Shown here: positions 13,376 through 33,560 of the stretch, piece after piece
How positions within the stretch are numbered: position 1 is the stretch's first letter
Layout: each line of letters starts with the position of its first letter
Source: the human T2T-CHM13v2.0 reference genome, Homo sapiens
NCBI GenBank assembly: GCA_009914755.4
Contig: CP068257.2
Location: 10,464,001 to 10,528,000 of the forward strand
DNA length: 64,000 bases
Direction: 5' to 3'
Made by a program: the position numbers and the translations under genes
Notes under the pieces: generated by a model
What the model saw: the letters and a program-made list of their open reading frames with translations, nothing else
Database searches by the model: none
Told to the model about the DNA's origin: nothing

Positions 13376-13414
13376 CACAATGTGAAAACCCACATCTTGA
13401 GAGTGTCAGAAACT
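13376..13414 (+). promoter_or_regulatory. V-gene recombination signal sequence: heptamer CACAATG, 23-bp spacer, nonamer TCAGAAACT.
   Basis: It sits immediately 3' of the ...TGTGTGAGAGA end of the V-region. Heptamer positions 1-3 (CAC) are conserved and position 5 is G>A. The spacer is exactly 23 nt. The nonamer matches ACAAAAACC at 6 of 9 positions. Confidence 0.75.
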
Positions 13415-13597
13415 GCAGGGAGGAGGCAGCTGTGTTCCTGCAGAGGAGATGACAGGGAAGATGAGGTTTAAAGTTGTTTAGAAAATGGGTCAAGTAACTG
13501 AGGACAAGGATCAATAGAAACAAGGACACACTCTAATTTTATGATAAATATTTTATTCAAGAGTCACCGTATACAGAAAATTCAAAGATTAGTAAAG

Positions 13598-13960
13598 GCC
13601 CTGTATTAGTCCATTATCATGCTGCTAATAAAGACGTACCTGAGATGGAATAATTTATAAAGAAAAGTGGTTTAATGGAATCATAATTCCACATGGCTGG
13701 GGTGGTCTCATAATCATGGAAGAAGATGAAGAAAGAGTAAACTGATGTCTTACATGGCAGCAGGCAAGAGAGACCTTGTGCCAGGGGAACTCCTGTTTAT
13801 AAAACTGTCAGATCTCATGAGACATATTCACTACCACGAGAACAGTATGGGGGAAACCGCCCCCATGATTCAATTACATCCACCTGACCCCACCCTTAAC
13901 ACATTGGAATTATTAAAACTCAAGATGAGATTTGGGTGGGGATACAGTCAAACCATATCA
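13598..13960 (-). mobile_element. Solo MaLR LTR of the THE1/MST type, on the minus strand.
   Basis: The reverse complement begins TGATATGGTTTGACTGTATCCCCACCCAAATCTCATCTTGA... and ends ...TTATTAGCAGCATGATAATGGACTAATACAGGG. This matches the THE1 LTR consensus (TGATATGGTTTGGCTGTGTCCCCACCCAAATCTCATC ... TTATTAGCAGCATGAGAACGGACTAATACAG). Confidence 0.65.
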
Positions 13961-16900
13961 ATAAAATCATATCAATGAGTATATTATTGTGAACAAGTTT
14001 TCAAATTAGATGGATGAATAATTTGAGCAAGATTATTTGATCACATGGTAAGACTAAGTATGATTCTGAAAAATGTCCAAAATGTCTTCCAAGAATGTCT
14101 CTGCTACTGTTGTTGCATAAATTTTATTTTAGAGTGGTTTTAGGATAACAGTGAACTTGAACAGAAAGTACCAGAGCTCCCATGAATCCCCGTCCAACAC
14201 AGGCACAGCCTTCTCCACTATCTGCATCCTGCACCAGAGTCATATCAGCAAGTTACAAATGATGAACCTACATGGACACTTTGGTTCTTTCTTTTCCTGG
14301 TGATCCCGTGGTGTAACAAACATAAATTATCTTGGAGCACCAGAGGTATTTTCAGAGGGTTTCTAGGAATGATATTAGAGGGAAAGTGGGTAAGGTTATT
14401 CCTATCCATGCCTCTAAAAGTCCAGCAAGTTCTAGTGAATTCTACAATGAATGTTCTTTAATGAGAAATGGAGACCTTGGCCATGAGAGATGTCATGTAT
14501 GAGGCCCTGTAGATGGATTACCTACACTGTAGGCTCGTGGGGTGTGTTTATGGATGAATCCCTTTTTGCAGCAAATGCAAGCACATGCGTGGGATCCAGG
14601 CAGGGACAAAAGCTCCCCCTTAGGAAGAAGGTGGGCACCTGGAAGGCCCCTCACTGAGGTGGACACTGGTGTCCTGTGCTGGCTGCACGTTGTCAAGAGG
14701 CATGAGCCTGATTGGGCTTGTAGAGGGAGAGCCTCATTGGGGTCACAGGTTATAACAATGTCTGCCATTCTCCAGCTGAACAAGCCCATCTGCTTGCTTG
14801 CCAGTGTCAATGCCATATTGGGGTGCACTCTGGAAGATGACAAGATGCACACAAACCTCCTCCCACTAATTATCCACTACTAAACATTCAAAAACCACCT
14901 GACTTCCAGAAATGGATATGCGCCTGCAGGGATAAACAGAACTTAAGTATTTTCTTATCTGGGAAAGACACTGCCAAATACTACACATTTCAGGAAAATT
15001 AGTTTGGAATGTTTAAAAACTGACTGAAGGGCAATAGTAGGTGAGGTGATGGCACAGCCTCAGGGCTGCACATGAGGAGGGCTCCCTCCCCCATGCAGGC
15101 TTTTCCTCCAGGAACTGCACCAGGAACTGAGGAAGGATTAGGGAGAATCATGGAAACATCCTTCTGCGGTGCTTGCTAGGGAGAGGAAATAAATTATGAG
15201 TAAAATATTCCCTCTGAATAAAGTATGGGCATTTGTTCATACAAATCTGTATTTCTCAAAGCTTGTGGAGGTCCTGACATAGCCACCATTAGCTGAGAAC
15301 AAACATTTCACCTCTCCTTGCATGGGGAGGTCAAGCAGCCTGGAGGTGTCCCTTTGTGGATGATATTTCCCAGCCCCTTTGTCTTCCCTGCTCATCCCTG
15401 GGCCTCTGTGTGACGAGTTCTCATCAGTGGAATGTAGTTGATGTAGTGTGGTCTTCAGTTTTCTCATCTTCTTTGTTCTCATGTTCCTCTCATGGTGTGA
15501 GGTTAAGAAACTCATCTGCAACATAGCACATGACAGCGTAATCTCTCTTGTGGACAAAAAATTGGCAAAGGAGACCACCAAGTTGACCATCCCGTATAGC
15601 TGACAGTGACAACCACGGGTCAACGTCCCCTCCACAATCCTGTGTCGGAACATCATCTGAATAACTTTATTAGCAACTTTTCTCGAGAATTATCTTAAAA
15701 ACTACTTGTCTCATTTTCCATGCAGTTATAACCTATTTTTCCTAGAGGACAGAGAGAGCTGAATACTGAATATATTGCATGTCTCCTGCTGTTGAAAGTT
15801 TGTGACTTTCTCACTTTCTAATTTCTTATCTGCGCAGACCACTCTACAGATTTTTCACTGTTGTGACCAGCATTCTGAATATCAAGTGTATTTGACGTTC
15901 TTCATATATCGTTCAGCACCAGCTTCTCATCATTTCAGTCCTCACTGACCACTCTAACTTACACAATGTGTTTCTTTATTTGTTTAATTCTGGCATCGCT
16001 CCTTAAATTTCACCAAGCCCATTTTTTGTTATTTCTACAGGTGATTGATTGTTAATTTTAAATTTTACTTGTGCTTACTTTAATCAGGCAATAACCTAAG
16101 ATAAAAAAAAACATTGTAAATAAAAGTAAATGCTGTAATATTTAAGGTAAGTAAGCCAACAGCTGAGGAAAAGGGAAATCCATTATCCTGGGTAAGTGAG
16201 TATGGGGAACTCATAGTATGATTATCTTCTTCAGTTTAATTAATACTGCTACGCAAGTTATAGTGTCCTCTCTCTTTATATCAAAACTTTCCCTAACATG
16301 TACAATGAAGACTCAGCACAGATACCTTCCACCAGACTAACCTAGAACCTCTCAGCGAGTGCCTGAGCTGATAGTGATAGATATCACATTTGTCTAACAA
16401 AAAAAACGACACCCTTTAAGGATATCCACCAGCCATATGGGGACAATTTGAATAATTTAGATAAAGCCCAAACTTGATAGGTAGTAATTTATAATGAGAA
16501 ACTGACTCCTATCTTCACATGGGATGTTTTTAGGTTTTGTTGTTTCTTTTTTTTTCCATAGAGAACCTGCTAACGCCACTGTCCAAGTTCTGGATATCTT
16601 ATTTCCCAGTGTGAGAGACTGCATATTATGGTCTGACACAAAGGAATGTAGCTGTTGTTAGGGATAGGAGATGTGATCGTAAGAACATGAGCAGGGATCC
16701 AGCAGTGCTTTGTCTTTTCACAGTTGCCCAGACAGAGACCCAGGAGAACAATGGGAGAATTGACTTCAGTCTCTCCAGTCCCATACGAGTATTATACCAG
16801 ATGTTTTATGCCACTGTTTCATAGTAGAAAAATTAGTCTCTAAAGAAAGTCCGTTTTGAGGACAATACTATTTTCCAGTATCCTTCAAACGCCCCAAATC

Positions 16901-17589
16901 AGAGAGCACCACAGTGCCCCGTGGCCAGGAGCTACAAGACCTGGGCCTAGAAAACAAATGACAGAAATATCAGTTTATCTTACCGCATCTGTCATAAAAA
17001 TTTGAAGACTGTTTCCTTCCATCTGGATAATCATAGGTTGTGATAGACTGGAGCTGCTGGTCTATAAAAATAAACTGGTCTGCAGTGGGTACAGAATTAC
17101 ACCCATAATATAATTGTTCTCCTGAGGTCCTTATGCTGTTAGACCAGCTGACCAAGAAAGTGTTTTAAGAGCTGCAGTGCTTACTGGATCCTGTCATATT
17201 TGGGGCTACATTTGCAGCTACCAAGAGAAACAGAAAGAAGTCCATTTGGTCCAGGTAGAGTCAATTAATTTCTTTTATTTTATTCCAGTGAGGTAAAAAA
17301 TGCATCAACCAAAATGCAGATGATGATCAAGTGATCAAGGACAACAGCCACTCAGTGTTTCAGGTGTGTTTTAGCCCAAAAGCCACACAACATGTGAGAA
17401 CCTGAACTCTGGAGTCCTGGCCATCTCTGAGGAGAATCTAGATGGTGGAAGGGAAGACACAATCATTAACATCTAGGGAAATTTCAGGGTTACCTGCTGT
17501 AGTGGAAAGCAAACCTTGAGCCTCTGAGACAGTGTGACGTCCATGGAGACTGAGACAGCTACTGTCTCAAGCCCCTGGTCATGGAATAG

Positions 17590-17900
17590 TCTCAATGTTT
17601 GTCTGTGTGTCACTATAGAACATTGTGTGTAAGTGGGATGATGCATACAACTGTGTCTGTGTGTTTGTGAATGTGTGTGTTTGTGTGAGGCTGTGAGCTT
17701 GTGTGTGCCTGTGTTTTATATTAAAATGAGTTACTTACTTTGTGATTGTTACACTATATCTTCGACCAAGTGTGTGGGAGAACGTGTTTGTGTGTTTCTG
17801 TGAGTTAGTTTGTAAAAGCGTATGCTATTTTGAGTGTGTGTGAGTGCGTTCTTCAATATTTGAGCCTATCAATTTGCATGAATGTTAATTTTCCTTAGTA
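17590..17900. repeat. TG-rich degenerate low-complexity / imperfect tandem repeat (gtgtgtg...gagtgtgtgtga...ctgtgagc motifs). A similar block recurs at about 18690-18850.
   Basis: Direct reading of the sequence. Confidence 0.4.
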
Positions 17901-17920
17901 TGTGTGAGTTGCATACTTGA

Positions 17921-18659
<739 letters not shown>

Positions 18660-18864
18660 TCAGAAGGGAATATAGTTGATTTGACGCTAGTGTGACCAGG
18701 AATATTTGAGTGTGTGTGTGCTCTTTGTATTACTTGGTGAGTGTGTGCCCCTGTGTGTGTGGGGGGGTCATTACCTGTGACTCTACATATGAAGGTGTTG
18801 AGAGTGTGTGTGAGTCTGTGAGCATGTTTATATACATGTGGATTGTTAGTATGCATGCTTTTAG

Positions 18865-19456
<592 letters not shown>

Positions 19457-20861
19457 CACCAGAGATTCATCTCTTGACCTCAGTGTCACATGTCTGAAAA
19501 TATCAAGTATGTTTGAGTGTCAGAACCTGAGAAAGAAGCGTTGCCTATAATAAAACCTTCATAAAATAAACAACTGATTTCTCACCAAATTCATGAAGGC
19601 AAAAACTCATTGAGGTGGCGTATCAAAAGACTGAAATACACTGTCAATCAAGAATTATACACTTTCAAAGAAACCTTCAAAAGTGAAGGAGAAATTAAGG
19701 TGAAGATAAAGAAACAAACGCTGATGGAGTTCATGGAACCTAGACAGTCCTTATGAGAAATGCTATATGGAGTCCCACAGACTGAACTGAAAGGAGAGTG
19801 GAGAGGAGCAGAAAATCTTACACCTAAAAAGAACAACAGCAACAAGGAAGGTGTCCCAGAAATGTCATTACATTTGTGTATGTGAGCGCCAATAGTGTTT
19901 TATTCTGCCCTGAGTCTCATGTTTCATTCCTCCATTATTTTGAAAATCAAGTACCATAATATTAATTATACATGTAAATAATATACATATAATTTGTAAA
20001 ATACTAATATATAGTAATAACACAGTAAGGGAAGATGGATAGAGCTGTAGAGACACAGATTTGTATGCACTATCGATGCTAAGGTAATCATAATTCAATC
20101 TATTTTGTTATAAATTTGAATTACCAATTTTAGTGTCCATGTTAGCTATAAATATGTAACTAAAATTTTAAAAAAAAATCAGCATGACAGCTGAATAGAT
20201 GTGCCTGACATTCGTCAATCCCATATGACGGAATGACAGAATTGAATAAACAGCTAAGACTAGACTGGACTGATGAAAGGGAGAAGTAGAGGATAGCAGG
20301 GGAGAGGAGAGGTCCCTGTGGTTATTAGAAGCCCAATAGTGCTTCTAATAGTGAAAGCACCCTGTGTCTGCAGCTTCATACTCGAGATTCACATGGGATT
20401 ATCCCTGGTGAGGAAAGTTAAGTAGAAGAAGCACATCAGACCCCACTGCAATCACACATGTCAACAATCCTTACTGTAAAATAAATTCACAGGGCTTGCA
20501 AACCCTGAGCTCAACTTGGAGAGCTGGAAGGAATTCATGCATCTGTACTGCACAAGATTAGGAGAAAAATCTGTATTCCTTGCCCACCACCCATCCCATT
20601 AGCCAAAATGCTATAGCCTGTCACAACTTTGAGACCAGAGACACTTCTGGAGGGTGCCCTTCTTTGGGGCAGTAGTCATTGCATGTCTCCACACTGGGCC
20701 TCTGTTTCCATTCCATCAAACACACAAGTGGGTAAAGGCCAAAATACTAGCTGCACAAAGCCTAGAGCCAAGATCCCCTTTGGCTCTGGTGTTGCCCAGC
20801 AGGAAACCAACCCCTGAACAGGGCAATAACAAGTCACAAAATTGAAGCATTAATAAAAGGT

Positions 20862-21250
20862 CTTCCAGGAAAGAAAAAAAACCCAGGACTCAATGGCTTC
20901 ATTGCACAATTGTGACAAATATTTAAAGAAGAAACAATATCTATCCTCCTCAAAATATTAAAAAATAGGTAGAGAAGGAGGGAGTACTTTCAAACCTGCT
21001 CTATGAGACCAGTATTACCCTGAAATGAAAACCAAATAAAAACATAAAAAACACTACAGGCCAATGTCTCTGATGAATACAGATGCGAAAATCCTCAAGG
21101 AAAACTTAGCAAACACCATTCAACAACACATTAAAAAAATCATGCATCATGACCAAGTGCAGTTTATCCCAGTGATTCAAGGATGGTCCAACATATGGAA
21201 ATCAATCAATGTGACACATCACATCAACAGAAAGGACAAAGGCCATAAGA
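20862..21250 (+). mobile_element. Short fragment of an older L1 (ORF2 reverse-transcriptase N-terminal region), plus strand.
   Basis: Its translation resembles L1 ORF2 (…ILKNR…YRPISLMN-like [34 protein letters not shown]…[10 protein letters not shown]) and contains stops. Confidence 0.55.
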
Positions 21251-22282
21251 TCAGGCCTCACCTTGTCCTCCTCATTCAAAGTCTACCATCAGAGCTTTGG
21301 TCCTCTTGGCCAGTCCTGCTGTACTTGGTCTCCTGTGATTCCTCTCCCAGATCCTGAAACCTTGGGCTTCTGTGCACCTGCAGTCTCTCACCTCCTTGGA
21401 CATGGAGATCCTGTATTCTCAGAGACAGATGATGCCTCATTGTGTCTCCTATGGCCCATGCAAATGATTTCCCCAACACAGTCATGAGTTTTCCTGTATG
21501 AAATTGAAAGGGGATGTGGGGAACTGGTGTGCGTGTGTGTGTGTGTGTGTGTTCACAGTGGTACAAAAGGAGTCCTCAGGCATGCTAAGGTGTTGTGAAC
21601 TAGGGTGATGTTGTCACTCAAGGCTACAATGGGGGCTCCATGAAGAGAAATCTAGAAAAGGATAAGCATATGAGCAAAGAAGCAAAACCTGGGGAGTAGC
21701 AGGGAGGGGACCAGGAGCGGTGACTCAACCGGGCAGGGAAAACACCACGTACAACAGAGGGTGAGAATTCTGTGCTCAGCAAAGAGGAGAACTCACTCAG
21801 CATTTCCCTCAATTTTCCCTCAAGAACTTTCCTGTGCCAGGAAAGTTCACAATGGAGAATCTCCAGCTCCAGGTGGGACCCCAAAAGAGGCAGGGGGACT
21901 TTAGGCCATAGGTCTTGTGCACAAGGTTTTTCCCCAGTTCCTACCCCTTTCCTTTCCTCTCTGTCCAGCAAACCTGCTTGTTTCTGTCACCTGCCTTCCT
22001 GTCCTTGGGGTAAGAATGGATGCCTTGACACTCAGCAGAGGGATGCTCTTTCAGAGGAGGAATTAGTTTGTGTCATCTGACTCCTGAGCAGGAAAATCAT
22101 GCCTGGGAAGAGGTTCCAAGACAGAGGTCCGCCGTGGTTCCTGCCCCTTATATGTGCGGGGCTCCTGGCACATGCACACTTCTCCTCAAACTCTGTTTAC
22201 ACCCCAGCAACAATGCTGGGTGTTGTCAGCCCCTCTCCTCCCCAGATACCGCTCTGTCATCAGCCAAGGAACAAATTCCCCA

Positions 22283-22787
22283 TGAAAGACATTATTCTTT
22301 CTCTCAAGAAGATCAACTACTTATATCTCTTCCTTTGCTGACAGCTTTGCAGGGTGAACATCTAGAATTTAAAAAAGGGTTGATGTGGACAAGTGAGCTC
22401 TCTGTGTGGCTCACCAGGATGTTCCCTCTTATTCCAGGTGTCCTGTCCCATGTGTAGGTGCAGGAGTCAGGTCCAGGACCCATGAGGCCCTCAGACACTG
22501 CCCTCCACATGTGCTGTGTCTGGATTCTTTTTTACCATGGATACTATTTGAGCTGAATCCACCATCCCCTGGGCAACAGGCTGGAATGGCTGGGGCACAG
22601 TTACTAGAGTCGATCACCAAGGAATACACATCATGCTCCCTCCACCCAGGTCCATGTCCCCATCAACAATGACTCAACCAAGAGCCAGTTCTCTGTGAAG
22701 CTCAGCTCCATGGCTGCCCAGGACACAGCTGAGTATTACTGTGAAAGACTTAATGAGAAGGTGTCCTTGTGAGCCCTGACACAAACC
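22283..22787 (+). pseudogene. IGHV4-like (clan II) V-gene pseudogene with a degenerate leader, a recognisable intron acceptor, a V-exon with in-frame stops and indels, and a retained RSS nonamer.
   Basis: Acceptor ...cttattccag|GTGTCCTGTCC (VLS) at 22438. The V-exon translates to VQESGPGPMRPSDTALHMC...NRLEWLGHSY*...KSQFSVKLSSMAAQDTAEYYCER, versus IGHV4 germline [22 protein letters not shown]...KGLEWIG...[23 protein letters not shown]. The nonamer ACACAAACC is at 22779-22787 and the heptamer is mutated. An upstream ATGAAAGAC... at 22283 echoes the IGHV4 leader ATGAAACAC. Confidence 0.7.
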
Positions 22788-24195
22788 TTGCTGGCAGGGC
22801 ACTCAGGACTGCCAGGAAGACTCAGGACCACAGAGGGGACTCAAGACCACCAGGGAAGAGCAGGTTGCAGGAAGCACAGGGCCAGCCCCAGAGCAGTTGG
22901 GGGTAGAGATGAGAGGTTGGTTTACTGCCAGGTTCTGGGGTTGCCTCACCATCTTCATGTTTCCTCCAGGGACCCTCTCTTATTTCATGGTGCTGTGTCT
23001 AGCTCTACATCTCTAAAATACCACAGTTTTGTTGTACCAGGAGGAAACCTTCTCACAGGCCCTAAATGTAGAGCAATCTCTCTGCCAGTGGTCACTAGGA
23101 TCACAGCCCTGAGGAAGCTGAGGGTAACCTGGTGAATCTTCTCCAGTCACATTTGGGACAGGAACCTTAGCGGGGTTCCCTGAGGAGAACAGTCTCAGGA
23201 ATCCTAACCTCAGCCAAGACAGAGGCTGGGCCAGATCAATGTCAGATAGAACCTCACAAGTTTTATGTCTGACCCTTCTCCACCAACAATAAAGCATGCC
23301 AATCAGTATCAGCGCCGATCTGGGGCCCTTTTACTCCTAGCCCATTCTGTTTCTCTTTATTTGTTGTTGTTATTCTTGCTTTTCCTTGTACTGCTGCTGC
23401 TCCCTGTAAAGTGGGGATGTGGTTCTTGCTGCCAAAGCTCCAGGGCTCAAGCCCATTCCTTGCAGCTCAGGTGGGGCTCAGGCTGTGGCTCCTGCAGCCA
23501 CACGGGAGAGGCTGATGGGACTTTCTTCTCTCTCATTGCACGAGACCCTCCAGTGTGTTGTGTGGAGACTCACCTGGGAAAGGAAGTGGCCAATAGTAGT
23601 GAAGGGGATGAGCTTGTGTGGACAAAATGGGATGTGGATATGAAATTTGTCCTGTGCTGTGCAAGCTACCACAAAGTCACCTTCCTCACCAGTGGCGTTA
23701 TAAATAGTGTGTGAAAGTTGTCAGAATCAAAATGGAGCCACTTGTGTTAAAACCCTGACAAATGGAACTAGGAATGACCATGAAGGAGGGTTCGCATGCA
23801 CATACTCCTGATAAGAAGAACTACCATAAATTGACTCTGCTTAATCACAACCTTGGATAGAAGCCACCAACACCATATAAAACTTCCTTCTACAAAGATA
23901 TGTGTCCAGCAACTGCCTGTTCAGCCTTATACTGATGCCACCCTTGGTATTGATTCTACAAGCACAGGATAATTCTTTCAAAACAGCTTATGTAACCCAC
24001 CTCATTTTCACTTCATAAACCTATGGATTGACATCCTGTAGTCACTGCTGCATTTCTTATTAATGTTAATAAGCCCCCTTTACAATATTCGAAACAATTT
24101 TTCTCTGATATCTCTTCTAAAATAAAGAATTTCCAAGTTGACGCCAATAAAGAAGATACTTAGGAAGATCTATTTGGCATATTTGGAAGGCATAT

Positions 24196-24503
<308 letters not shown>

Positions 24504-25551
24504 AAGCCATCTTTAACATCCTGTTGAATGATTCTGCATAGCACATCAATCCCTTAAAATACTTTGCTGTATCGGCTTGTGATTAATCAGTATATAAAAC
24601 TGAAGGTAAAATGGGAAATACATGGGCTTTTGATGAACCAAGCCATAGGGTGATAATGTCTGTGTCCTTGAGGAAGCAGACTAAGGGTTGTAAGTTCTGG
24701 TGGGAGTACCTTTGGCAAAGGGAGTTCCTGAGTTTCTGGATATTATGCTACTTTTAACTTAAAGATGCAATTTATGATTTATTTTTACTTAAATCTTTCC
24801 AGAAGATATTTGGCAGTAAGGACAGGATAGCGTTTGTGTGATACTGATGACTTAGAGAGTTATTTTGTAATTGTTCCTGTAAGGTATGCACATTGCTCAC
24901 TTGATGAAGTACAAATGTCACAGGTGGGAAAATCAGATTAAGCAGATTTTATCAAATGTCATGGCTGTAATTTTTGGCAAGAAAATGCTTCACATCAACC
25001 AGAAAATAAACAGAAAACAAGAAAACATATTCAAATCCAGTGGGAGTCTGACCTCTGTCCTTCTCTGTTATAAGTACAAGGTTGTTCCACATCCAAATTA
25101 TTCTTCAGGCTCCAGGGAATGAAATGCTTTTGGACTGTGAAAGCTAATAGCTCTCCCCTCAGGCAGGGCTAAGTTATCTGGGGAATGCAGAGTTGTGTTC
25201 ATGAGGAAGATGGCACTATTGTGTCTTCTTCTGCATTGCCCCATCACACGGGTGAGGAATTTTTGAAACCAGTGAAGTGTGAGTGCACAGTAAGTGATGA
25301 AGTTATCATATATCCATGAACTTTCATTAATAGGCCAAGGCCTTCTACAGATCACTCATGCACAAATATCCAAAATGTGTTTTTCCATTTTTTGATGTCT
25401 AGAGAAAAATATCTGTTGAGGAAACTTCTTCAGCTTACAGAGATCTGCTTAAGTTTGAGATCCCATAGGAGAGTGTCTTTGAGTGAATTCCAGTCTATTA
25501 ATTAAATAGGTCCAAATTCTCTCTGTTGGAGTAGCCTTCCAATTGTGCTGA

Positions 25552-31745
<6,194 letters not shown>

Positions 31746-32689
31746 GGGAAGAGCTGGACCCAATATCCAGAACCAAGTAAGCTTTTACTCACCATGTGGT
31801 TTTGTTTCTGAGTTTATGGTTTGACCAGATGCAGAAGAGTTTGTCCGGGACTTCTGAGGGGTGAAGAACTTGAAGGGAGAATAATATAACTTATTAGTCA
31901 AATAAATGAAAATATCATAATTGTGGATATGTTCTTGTGAGTGGGGGTAGCTCAGCAGTGTGTGTTCATCCCCAGAAAAGAGAAAATCTTGTCTGCTGTG
32001 GAAAGAAGACATAGTTTTTAACATATGTGGTTATTATTAACGACAACTGAGCCTGGGTACTGGATCATGTTATAATGCTAAAGGGAAGATTCAATAGAAG
32101 AAAGAATGTCATAGCAAAAACAAAAAAATTAAGCATCAAAGATTTAAATGAAATGACTTTGAATATTACTAGTAATGAACATGCCAAGAAAAATCAATTA
32201 CTATAACCAGAAGAATAATTCATGACTGCCCATGGGATTCATGCTGAGAAGATATACAATTTCCATTTAATTTCCATTTACTGAAAATTAAATTAAATTT
32301 AGTGAGGGCTCATCACTACCCTCATAAAATGGTTCAGAGAGTAAGCGAAGAATAGAGTGTGAGCTTACAGCAAGTGGAGACCATCTCTTCTCCTCCAATG
32401 TCCCACAGCTCCACAGCCCACCTGTCCAGGTTCTATCAAGGAATTTTAGCTCCTGCCCAGTAAAGGAAACAGTTGAGTGAGGAGAGAACCTGCAGATGAT
32501 AGACAATATCTGAAAACTGTTCATTTGACAAGGGATTACTATAAAGCATATAAAATTAACTGAACTGCAATTAATAATCTGAATAATAATGGGCAAATAA
32601 CATGAATGAACATCTGTCAAAGGAAGACGTGGAAAGGATCAATAGATAGATAGATGATAAGTATATATGCACACATATATTGCTAGACA

Positions 32690-33560
32690 GCACTAATATT
32701 CAGGAACATGCAAATTCACAATGAGATATCTTTTCATCCTTCATCTTTGCTGGAAAGTCTGTTAACAGAAAGCCAAAATAAGGAAAACAAAAGCTAGCAA
32801 GGCTGCATAGAAGGGGACACTCTTATTGACCACTGGTGGAAATGTAAATTAGTATAGCCATCATGGGAAAAAAATAGAACTGCCATATAATTCAGTGATC
32901 CAACTGCTGAGTATTTATCTATTTAAATAATTAAAAGAAAAAACTAAAATTGAAGAGATACCTGTACACCCATGTTTACTGCAGCACTAATTGCAATAGC
33001 TAAGCTATGAAATCAACATATGTGTCCATGAACAGATGAATGGATAAATAAAATGAGGTAAATTTACACAATGAAATATTATTCAGCCTTAAAAATGAAA
33101 TTCTGCCATTTGAAGCAACATGGTTGGAACTGGACACCCTTATGGTGAATGAAAGAAGACAGACTAGAAAAATAAATACCACATTTTCTCAATTTAATGT
33201 GGAAGTTTAAGAAAGTTGATCTTCTAGAAGTAAATAGTAGAGTAGTGGTTATGAGATGCTCCAAATGGGAGGAGACTGAGAGACAAGAAGAGGCTTGTTA
33301 ACAAATGCACAATTACAGGTAGACGGGAGGGATATGCTCTAGTGTTCTACAGCGCAGTAGGATGACTACAGCTAACAATATATTGTACGTTTACAAGTAG
33401 CCAGAAGAGAGCATTTTGTATGCTACCAACACAAATAAATGTTAATGTCTGAGCTGATGAATTTTCTCATTGTTCTGATTTGGTCAAACCACATGGCAGA
33501 GATGTATTGAAATATCACACTGTATCCCATAAATATAAACAATCATTATCTGCCAACCTA
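32690..33560 (+). mobile_element. 3'-terminal fragment of an older L1 (ORF2 C-terminus plus 3' UTR), plus strand.
   Basis: Its translation resembles the L1 ORF2 C-terminus (…MQIHNEISFHPSSLL…DHWWKCKLV.PSW…). A 3' UTR-like tail reads ...cagcgcagtaggatgactacagctaacaatatattgtacg.... A (GATA)n microsatellite lies at 32643-32662. Confidence 0.6.

Noticed and set aside
13745-13978. A 77-aa ORF downstream of the IGHV1 gene.
   Set aside because: It lies entirely within the THE1/MaLR solo LTR (minus strand) and is a chance ORF.
16911-16945. CACAGTG heptamer-like motifs scanned as possible orphon IGHD segments or extra RSS sites.
   Set aside because: They are isolated heptamer matches with no appropriately spaced nonamer and no D-like core. 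They are probably chance occurrences.
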